Shown here: positions 39,217-45,446 of the stretch, one piece after another
Position numbering within the stretch: the first letter of the stretch is position 1
How the letters are laid out: every line of letters begins with the position of its first letter
Origin: an uncultured virus (IMG/VR IMGVR_UViG_3300033066_001354)
Taxonomy: Duplodnaviria > Heunggongvirae > Uroviricota > Caudoviricetes
DNA: 64,000 nt
Virus record (IMG/VR): IMGVR_UViG_3300033066_001354
Reading direction: 5' to 3' (one strand)
Translations under genes and position numbers: made by a program
Notes under the pieces: model-generated
Database searches by the model: none
The model's input: only the letters and a program-made list of their open reading frames with translations
Told to the model about the DNA's origin: nothing

Positions 39217-39726
39217 TTATGACTCTTCCTGGGGCGTTTCTGGGACATCTGGTGATTTTGACCTGTCTGCGCTTAACACGCCCTCCACCGTGGCGTTCGG
39301 CTCCCAGTTTCGCAACATTTGTTTAATCACTTCAATAGGCGTGCCGTGTCTGTTGCGTTTTGCCAATTCCTCTGCGTCAAAACGCCAAGGCGTGTCGGAC
39401 TCGTGAAACTCGATATCGTAACCGTTTGCGACACCTGACTCTACATATGGTTTCATTTCCCACAATTGCGTGTTCGTGCCATCAATGACAAGAGGGGACA
39501 AGCCTTGTTCCATAGCCTCTCTTGCCCTGTTTTGATTCCATTCGTGTGCTTGTCCAATTTTTGAACGGTCAAAGTCGTAGTCTGGGCCCCAGTAATCGTC
39601 GGTGGACATAGTGACACCACCCTTGCCCAATTCTTGAGCCTTGGTGCTTTTGCCGCTTCCGCTAACACCACGCATGATGACGAGCTTTCGACTTGATGAG
39701 CTTTTGTACCACATCTTTTCTTTCAT
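39217..39726 (-). CDS. AAA_33/N4BP2-like polynucleotide kinase
   Basis: IMRGVSGSGKST P-loop, STDDYW, AHEWNQ, VIDGTN, WEMKPY, RNRHG.P; start moved to 39726 (or 39714, MWYK). Confidence 0.85.
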   Translation of the reverse strand: MKEKMWYKSSSSRKLVIMRGVSGSGKSTKAQELGKGGVTMSTDDYWGPDYDFDRSKIGQAHEWNQNRAREAMEQGLSPLVIDGTNTQLWEMKPYVESGVANGYDIEFHESDTPWRFDAEELAKRNRHGTPIEVIKQMLRNWEPNATVEGVLSADRSKSPDVPETPQEES

Positions 39727-39812
39727 TGTGAATATTATGTCACAAAACCCTGCATTTGAGGAAACACAAGGTGTGAGCGGTCGTGCGACAGTAACATTGA
39801 TTAGGAGTACAA

Positions 39813-40007
39813 ATGGCAAAACTAACTATGTCCAGCAGCGAACCAGTCAAAATCATGCGACTGATGGAGCAAATGTTCCCTGGCGTCAAATTAGACGCTA
39901 TGGAAAAGATGATTGAAGGTGTCATCATCACTTGTGACGCTACTTTGACCAAGAAAATAGGTACAGACGAGTCCGTCACACTTCAAGTCATAATCACACC
40001 CGGCTAA
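39813..40007 (+). CDS. Hypothetical protein
   Basis: 64 aa with AGGAG RBS. Confidence 0.6.
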   Translation: MAKLTMSSSEPVKIMRLMEQMFPGVKLDAMEKMIEGVIITCDATLTKKIGTDESVTLQVIITPG

Positions 40008-40420
40008 TGATATTGCAATTCAATAAGACTGAAATAACCAAGCTCTTGTCATGGGTGCTTAGCGACCCCAAGAGCAAACCCGTTTTAGACATTATTGAAC
40101 AAAACGTCACTATGAACGGCGATATCACTTTCAAGAAAAACTTGAAACTTGGCAATGTCATGATAAGAGTGTTGATTTATCCAATTGAAGGCGGAGATTT
40201 GGAAATCAACATCAAAGACGCTTCGATTGCAGGTTTTAGCGTCTTCGGCATTGTCCGCAAAAAAGCGGGTGAAATGATAGTCGCGGCACTTGGGCAACAC
40301 TTGACGAAGTGTAAAGTCTGGAAAAACGGCAAAGGCAATATACAGTTGCACACTCCTGGTGTAACTTTTGAACAATTCGGCATCGTTGGCGAAGATGTGC
40401 TGTTAGAACTATCTGTATAA
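40007..40420 (+). CDS. Hypothetical protein
   Basis: 137 aa, TAATG-coupled. Confidence 0.65.
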   Translation: MILQFNKTEITKLLSWVLSDPKSKPVLDIIEQNVTMNGDITFKKNLKLGNVMIRVLIYPIEGGDLEINIKDASIAGFSVFGIVRKKAGEMIVAALGQHLTKCKVWKNGKGNIQLHTPGVTFEQFGIVGEDVLLELSV

Positions 40421-41101
40421 CTGCGGGTGACCGTCACCAATCTGTTGGTTTTGCATCTCTTGGTATAGCGCCCAATAACGCTGTTGAGCCTCCGCCATTT
40501 CATTTTGAATTTGCAGTTGGCGTGCGTTTTGCACTGTCTGGTCTGTGGTCAAACCTTGCCTAGATTGTTGGTAAGAATTTGCCAAGTCTTGCATAGTCGG
40601 CCCCTGTTGTGTGGTTTGACGCCCGTCTGGGCCTGTCGTAACCTTGAACAGTGGGTTTAAAGGTATGTTCAACAATTGTTCCTTCACCGCGTTGGCGTCA
40701 AATTGTCCAGTTTGCGGCGAACTGCTGTTGCCAGTGTACCAGCCTTGATATCCGCTTGTGTTTGCCGGGCCTGTGTATGGATTGTACGTCCCTTGAGGAC
40801 TGTTGAAAGGCACCGAATTGGAAAAAGGAGCCCTTGCTGTGTCTTTAATACTTGGGATGTTTGCAGCCCAATTGGGATATTGGGTGTTTTGTACAGCTTG
40901 TTGCGGCGACTGTTGGGCGGGTGGCGGATTCTGTTGCGGCTGTTGTGCAGTCCCTGCGGCCGAATTTGGAGTCCACCCTGCTTGACCAGGCATTTGTGCT
41001 TGTCTTACAAGGTTTGTCAACGTGTCAGCCTCGACATACATGCCGTGCTTGTCTAATTCGTCTGCCATGTCAAGCAGTTTTTTAGCTATCGACAAAAACA
41101 T
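40409..41101 (-). CDS. Gln/Pro-rich probable virion cargo protein with LD..G...AD.LT leader
   Basis: MFLSIAKKLLDMADELDKHGMYVEADTLTNLVRQAQMPG; GGAGG RBS; late promoter. Confidence 0.65.
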   Translation of the reverse strand: MFLSIAKKLLDMADELDKHGMYVEADTLTNLVRQAQMPGQAGWTPNSAAGTAQQPQQNPPPAQQSPQQAVQNTQYPNWAANIPSIKDTARAPFSNSVPFNSPQGTYNPYTGPANTSGYQGWYTGNSSSPQTGQFDANAVKEQLLNIPLNPLFKVTTGPDGRQTTQQGPTMQDLANSYQQSRQGLTTDQTVQNARQLQIQNEMAEAQQRYWALYQEMQNQQIGDGHPQLYR

Positions 41102-41122
41102 AGCGCCTCCATTGAAGTTGTT

Positions 41123-41147
41123 TTCTTCGAACAGAGGCGCTATTCCT
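41123..41147 (-). promoter_or_regulatory. Putative late promoter AGG-N19-GAA
   Basis: AGG AATAGCGCCTCTGTTCGAA GAA. Confidence 0.6.
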
Positions 41148-41152
41148 TTAGC

Positions 41153-41461
41153 TTAAGCCCACAACTTATATTTGCGGAAAGCGTTTCTGGACTTACCCTG
41201 CAACGGCTGGGAGCACAATGCGGTATAGCCCATGTCATCGTCTGGTTCATGAAACTTGTGCGTCTCAATTCCAGCTTCTGTCAACCTTGCCTCAGCTTCC
41301 AACAAATCTTCTTCGTTGGCAACTTGGCACAACACCATAAAAGTGTCTGGGTCGGCTTTGAATTTCAAGCCTGCTTCATAGCAAACATGACCGACTTGCA
41401 CGATTTGGTCTGGCACTGGAATATCTGTCCGAACCAAAACATAAACATAAGTGTTCTCCAC
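41153..41461 (-). CDS. Pth2-like peptidyl-tRNA hydrolase domain protein
   Basis: YVLVRTDI....QIVQVGH, VL.V.NEE.L, F.EPD, TA....P, KL at the C-terminus. Confidence 0.75.
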   Translation of the reverse strand: MENTYVYVLVRTDIPVPDQIVQVGHVCYEAGLKFKADPDTFMVLCQVANEEDLLEAEARLTEAGIETHKFHEPDDDMGYTALCSQPLQGKSRNAFRKYKLWA

Positions 41462-41483
41462 CTACAAATCCATGTTCGTCTTT

Positions 41484-41900
41484 TCACACATTGAGCTTCT
41501 CCCTGAGAAGTTCTTCCAGCGGAACGGGGTTATAGGCGCTTGCTCTTCGACCTTGAAGCAAACTTCTCACAAGATTGGACGCGAACGGTGTGTCAATCAG
41601 GGGTTCAAAGTCTGCATAAACCCCAGAACGCCCGAGGCTGTACATGGCTTCTGACAAAGTATAGTCTGCCCTTGCTCCGTTTGCAAGCTTTACTTCGCTT
41701 GAAACTGGCGTAAAGCATTTACGCCAGTCTTTGCCGCGCAACACGGCGTACAGAATATGATGTGCGAGAGTCAAAGAGCCTCCAGACTCTTTTTTGCTCT
41801 TCTGAAGTTCTTTCCAAAGCGATTGGACTTCAGAATAACAGTCTTGACGAATTTCTTCTTTGAAAAAGAAGGGTGTGATTTTTTTTGATAAAGTGTTCAT
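41484..41900 (-). CDS. Hypothetical protein (HHILYAVLRGK motif), first gene of the Pth2-like operon
   Basis: 138 aa; its AGGAG RBS lies in a hairpin. Confidence 0.7.
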   Translation of the reverse strand: MNTLSKKITPFFFKEEIRQDCYSEVQSLWKELQKSKKESGGSLTLAHHILYAVLRGKDWRKCFTPVSSEVKLANGARADYTLSEAMYSLGRSGVYADFEPLIDTPFASNLVRSLLQGRRASAYNPVPLEELLREKLNV

Positions 41901-41901
41901 T

Positions 41902-41945
41902 AGTGTCTCCTAGTAGTTGTAGTGTCGAAATTTGGAGGAGACACT
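41902..41945 (-). promoter_or_regulatory. Anti-Shine-Dalgarno hairpin
   Basis: AGTGTCTCCT (41945-41936) is perfectly complementary to AGGAGACACT (41911-41902), which contains the RBS of the 41900 gene. Confidence 0.8.
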
Positions 41946-42025
41946 TATGGCGGCGCTCGGTCGCCATAAGAAACTATGGCGTGGTCAACGAGCGACGAAT
42001 ATGGTTTGCGAAAGCCCTACAACAT
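41945..42025 (-). CDS. Leader peptide with in-frame UAG at codon 3 and a terminal RAPP arrest-like motif
   Basis: ATG TTG TAG GGC TTT CGC AAA CCA TAT TCG TCG CTC GTT GAC CAC GCC ATA GTT TCT TAT GGC GAC CGA GCG CCG CCA TAA = ML*GFRKPYSSLVDHAIVSYGDRAPP. Confidence 0.65.
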
Positions 42026-42073
42026 GATGTTATCTATTCTACAGTGTTTTGAACAAAGCAGTTCCCTGTTTTG

Positions 42074-42544
42074 TTACTTTTTAGGAAACTCCATTCCTTC
42101 TTGTCCGAGTTTTTCTCCAATTTTACGCAATATGTCCTGAATATCAAGGTTGGCTTTATCAACCACTTCTTGACTGTCTGGCTCAGTGCCCTGTAGTCCA
42201 CCCTGTTGTAATCCGCCGATAATTCCAAGAGCATTGCCAAGATATTCGTGCAACCTGTTGCAGCCATATTCGCTGTAAAATTCCGCACCCATGTAAATTG
42301 GGCCTGGTCGCATGAACGGGTCGCCCTCTTCGCGAACTTTTTGTTCCTCTTCTTCTGGGAACAAGACGCCAGTAATCAATCTGATTTTGAAAAATTGTTT
42401 TTCAATGTGTGCGATTAAAGTTTGCAACTTTTCTGCCGCTTCTTTCTCTTCGTCAGTGAGCTTGTCTGGATTGGCTCGATAGTTGTAGAGCAGATTTCGC
42501 ATAAACCAAATTTGCTCAGAAGTCGGATAGTAGTTGTCGAACAT
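42074..42544 (-). CDS. Hypothetical protein
   Basis: 156 aa, immediately downstream of a tRNA. Confidence 0.7.
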   Translation of the reverse strand: MFDNYYPTSEQIWFMRNLLYNYRANPDKLTDEEKEAAEKLQTLIAHIEKQFFKIRLITGVLFPEEEEQKVREEGDPFMRPGPIYMGAEFYSEYGCNRLHEYLGNALGIIGGLQQGGLQGTEPDSQEVVDKANLDIQDILRKIGEKLGQEGMEFPKK

Positions 42545-42562
42545 GTTTTTCTCTTTCTAAAG

Positions 42563-42648
42563 CGCCATAGACAGGATTCGAACCCGCGTAAACCTTGTGA
42601 GGGCCTTCTGTTTTAGAAACCGAGGCTCTACCGCTGAGCTACTATGGC
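42563..42648 (-). tRNA. tRNA with CUA anticodon (amber suppressor), long variable arm
   Basis: GCCATAG TA GCTC AGCGGTA GAGC C TCGGT TTCTAAA ACAGA AGGCCCTCACAAGGTTTAC GCGGG TTCGAAT CCTGT CTATGGC G; one mismatch in the anticodon stem; no encoded CCA. Confidence 0.8.
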
Positions 42649-42657
42649 ATTAGGCAT

Positions 42658-42683
42658 GTCAAAGGGGCAACAGCCCCTTTGAC
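42658..42683. other. 11-bp hairpin between pspA and the tRNA
   Basis: GTCAAAGGGGC-aaca-GCCCCTTTGAC; no U-tract. Confidence 0.6.
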
Positions 42684-42692
42684 GGATTGTTG

Positions 42693-43493
42693 TCAGTTGC
42701 CGCCCAACCTCTGGGACAGGGCGTTGAGTGCGTCGTCGGCACTTCCTGCCCCGGTATTGACAGAGACAGTCGCGGTTGGCGTTGTGGCGACAGGTTGTGC
42801 CAGACCAAGGCGTTGTTCAAGGTCTGAGAGAGCGGTTTGAGCTTCCATGTCATGAGTTGCCGATTCCAATTCCATCACACGACCCGCAAGCGAGTTGCTA
42901 GAAAGTTCGGTACGGGCAGCAGCCTCAGACTGCATGTTTTGAACTTTTTCAGCAGCGGCACCAAAACCTTGATTAATGTCAGTGACGTTGAATTCGTCCA
43001 AAGCTTTAGTGATGGCGTTTTGAACCTGGGCGCTTTTGTACTGAGCCTTAAGTGAAGCGGCTTCAGCCAATTTATTGCGGAATTGTGCCTGTTGGTTTTC
43101 AAGCGCCTTTTTAACGTTGTCACAAGCAGCAGTGGCTTGAGCAAGGGTCGCTTGAAGTGTGGTAAGTTGTGCCTGGTTGGTCTGTAGTTCACCAGCAAAT
43201 TGCAGGGCAAGTTGATTGAACTTGATATACTCAGGAGTCCCAGGAGCAAATGCGTTTCTTTGCTTCAAAGCAACACCAGCTTGAGCTTCATTCTTTTTGA
43301 TTTGCGCCTGGACGTTGCTTACCATCGCCTGAAGGTTGTTCTTCTGGGTAAGGGCCTGTACACCGCGTTCTTGATTTTTGATGAGAGCCGCCTGCATGTC
43401 GCGCTTGGCTTGGTCAATCATAATCATCGGGTCTTCAACCCTGTCCATTGCAAAACCGAAAAGGGCTTTGAGCCACGTGAAAAATCGTTTCAT
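42693..43493 (-). CDS. pspA: PspA/IM30 (Vipp1/ESCRT-III-like) family protein
   Basis: MKRFFTWLKALFG..MDRVEDP..MIDQAKRDMQ; coiled coil; A..AL; E.KV..MQSEA.A..EL; start moved to 43493. Confidence 0.85.
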   Translation of the reverse strand: MKRFFTWLKALFGFAMDRVEDPMIMIDQAKRDMQAALIKNQERGVQALTQKNNLQAMVSNVQAQIKKNEAQAGVALKQRNAFAPGTPEYIKFNQLALQFAGELQTNQAQLTTLQATLAQATAACDNVKKALENQQAQFRNKLAEAASLKAQYKSAQVQNAITKALDEFNVTDINQGFGAAAEKVQNMQSEAAARTELSSNSLAGRVMELESATHDMEAQTALSDLEQRLGLAQPVATTPTATVSVNTGAGSADDALNALSQRLGGN

Positions 43494-43507
43494 GTTTATA
43501 CCTTTGA

Positions 43508-43579
43508 TGACCCAGGTGGGAATCGAACCCACGACCGATAGATTTAGAATCCACTGCTCCACCATTGAGCTACCGGGCC
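43508..43579 (-). tRNA. tRNA with CUA anticodon (amber suppressor), short variable loop
   Basis: GGCCCGG TA GCTC AATGGTG GAGC A GTGGA TTCTAAA TCTAT CGGTC GTGGG TTCGATT CCCAC CTGGGTC A; no encoded CCA. Confidence 0.85.
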
Positions 43580-43589
43580 ATTTCGCACA

Positions 43590-43598
43590 ATGATACCA
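43590..43598 (-). promoter_or_regulatory. Extended -10 element for the tRNA-pspA-tRNA unit
   Basis: TGGTATCAT about 10 nt upstream of the tRNA 5' end. Confidence 0.5.
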
Positions 43599-43680
43599 CA
43601 TTTTGCGAAGTTTTTTGAGGAAAATCACGAAACGCAATTGAGCGCCCGCTTTGGGGGCGGTTTCCCCGCCCCCATGAAGA

Positions 43681-43836
43681 CTAGGAGGATGCAGGCACGT
43701 TGAGTAATTGCGCCTGCCCGGACATCAGTGGATATGCGCTCCAAAAAGCATCCACGTCAAATTCGGGCCTGTCTGTCTCAGCGGGTTTTCGCTCCTCGGA
43801 TGAGGATGAACTTAGTTCCTGGGTATCTTTGTTCAT
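43681..43836 (-). CDS. Small hypothetical ORF (51 aa) ending in TAG
   Basis: GAGGTG RBS; MNKDTQELSSSSSEERKPAETDRPEFDVDAFWSAYPLMSGQAQLLNVPASS. Confidence 0.4.
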   Translation of the reverse strand: MNKDTQELSSSSSEERKPAETDRPEFDVDAFWSAYPLMSGQAQLLNVPASS

Positions 43837-43911
43837 CTTGCGCACCTCGCCTATCTATTTTAGCATAATGTTAACACAGTTCCTCGCGGTTTTTATCTGT
43901 ATAAACTACAG

Positions 43912-44346
43912 GTGGAGAAAAAAACTTCTTGCAACATCGGAACGCCGTTCTCGGCAAACAACATGTACGCTCCCGTCGCCAGAGGCGTGTTGAAGCGGAC
44001 GAAAAAATATTTGCAATGGATTGAGACCAATCAACCAATTGTTGAGCGCGGACTAGACCCGGCACAAAATTTTCCTGTTGTCGTTTCAGTGACTGTGGTC
44101 GGTGGTAGGGGATTTAACGCCATGACTAAAAACGATGTTGACAACCTTAAGAAACCCCTTTGCGACCTTTTAGTAAGGGCGAAAATAGTCCCCGACGATG
44201 AGAAGAAATACATCTCCAGCGTGCAAGTGAATTATTTACCAGGCCCAAGCTCGAAAGGAGAACCGCTCACCCAAATCAGGTACGAAGAGCCTGAAAGTGA
44301 AGATTCTGTCGAATGGACAGCGCCTTATTTGTGGGAAAAAGAATAG
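43912..44346 (+). CDS. rusA: RusA-like Holliday junction resolvase
   Basis: PFSANNMY; DVDNLKKPLCDLL...IVPDD. Confidence 0.75.
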   Translation: MEKKTSCNIGTPFSANNMYAPVARGVLKRTKKYLQWIETNQPIVERGLDPAQNFPVVVSVTVVGGRGFNAMTKNDVDNLKKPLCDLLVRAKIVPDDEKKYISSVQVNYLPGPSSKGEPLTQIRYEEPESEDSVEWTAPYLWEKE

Positions 44347-44867
44347 TGCTTCTTATCGCCAGCCCAAGCTAGTGTGAACGAATCAAAGTCTAAAGGCATT
44401 TTTGGAACATCCACCTGTGGCAAGTCCGAATCATTGTCCAAATAAGCTAGAGTAATGTGAGGAGTGAAGCCATGCGTCTTGTCCAACTCTATACCAAGCG
44501 ACTCCATTGTCTCAACCAGTTCTTGGCGCATTTCTGGAAGACTCGGCGCGTCATAAGAAGCGTAGAAAGGTTTGGAATCGCCGTCTCCAGCAAAACACCC
44601 CAAACCACCGACTTCGCCCTTAATTTTGGCGTACTTTTCGGACATGGCTTCTAAAGCCGCTTCAACTAAGTCACGTTTGTCTTTCAAATCATCTGCTTTG
44701 CCAAGATAGAGCAATGTGACGTGCAAATTGTCAACAGGCTCAAGTTTGTCACCGTCAGCAAGGTCGGACTGAGAAAGCATCAATTTTTTGCTCTTCTCTT
44801 TGGGCAACCATAAAGCCACAATGACACTTGTGTGTTTTTCGGCCGTCACGACGTTTCGATACCACAT
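44325..44867 (-). CDS. 2H phosphoesterase (Acb1/ThpR-like) with MWYR..VTAE leader
   Basis: LHVTLLYLG and FTPHITLAY (two HxT motifs); start moved to 44867. Confidence 0.85.
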   Translation of the reverse strand: MWYRNVVTAEKHTSVIVALWLPKEKSKKLMLSQSDLADGDKLEPVDNLHVTLLYLGKADDLKDKRDLVEAALEAMSEKYAKIKGEVGGLGCFAGDGDSKPFYASYDAPSLPEMRQELVETMESLGIELDKTHGFTPHITLAYLDNDSDLPQVDVPKMPLDFDSFTLAWAGDKKHYSFSHK

Positions 44868-44876
44868 ACACAACTA

Positions 44877-44901
44877 TTCTACAAGATAGACAATCAAGCC
44901 T
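44877..44901 (-). promoter_or_regulatory. Putative late promoter AGG-N19-GAA
   Basis: AGG CTTGATTGTCTATCTTGTA GAA. Confidence 0.6.
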
Positions 44902-45418
44902 GTGTTTTGATTTTGTCCACAAATTCTTGCAAAGTGACCGGGCGCTCACACGGTTGTGAGTACATATTTTTGTTTTCTGATATTAATTTCATGATTGCCT
45001 CTTCGTCCGTCAAAGAGTGAACCATGTTTTTGTACTCAGACATGTCTGCAAGCCTTGCTTCGCACCTTGGGTCGAACGGAGTGTACCATTCAGCAGACAA
45101 GTTTGGATGTATATAAGCGTCGTAGGTGAAATACCTGATGCGATATTCGGTAGAGTCCAAAAATTCGCGCCCTCCAAGTACGATAGCTGCGGCGCGGTGA
45201 TGTCCGTCGTGCAAGAACAATCTGCCATCTTCGAAAGATGTCACCTCAATCAACGGAGAGACTTTGCCGCGACTTTGGTGTTTGCTGAGGCAATTGATAG
45301 TGAAAAACCCACCGTCTTTGACAAATTCGACCATGCGCGACAGTTGGACACGGTTTCTTATTTCGTGTTGAGTCACAAAAAGGTCGTTTATACTCAGCAT
45401 TGTCAGTATAATCTTCAT
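44894..45418 (-). CDS. ParB/Srx N-terminal-like domain protein
   Basis: L..TQ; I.V......LFLHDGHHRAAA; start uncertain. Confidence 0.65.
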   Translation of the reverse strand: MKIILTMLSINDLFVTQHEIRNRVQLSRMVEFVKDGGFFTINCLSKHQSRGKVSPLIEVTSFEDGRLFLHDGHHRAAAIVLGGREFLDSTEYRIRYFTYDAYIHPNLSAEWYTPFDPRCEARLADMSEYKNMVHSLTDEEAIMKLISENKNMYSQPCERPVTLQEFVDKIKTQA

Positions 45419-45446
45419 TATGTCACTTTTGAGGATATAATAAGGC

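Noticed and set aside
41973..41980. GCCATAGT in the leader matches the 5' end of the long-arm tRNA
   Set aside because: Only 8 nt, and already explained by the local hairpin; too short to support a tRNA-mRNA interaction.
42563..43579. tRNA-Pyl or tRNA-Sec identity
   Set aside because: Both tRNAs have canonical D-loop GG, T-loop TTCGA, a two-base 8/9 linker and 5-bp anticodon stems, unlike tRNA-Pyl. The anticodon is not UCA and no pyl or sel genes are present.
43494..43637. N-terminal extension of PspA in the ORF track
   Set aside because: It overlaps a tRNA gene and its promoter; PspA similarity begins at ATG 43493.
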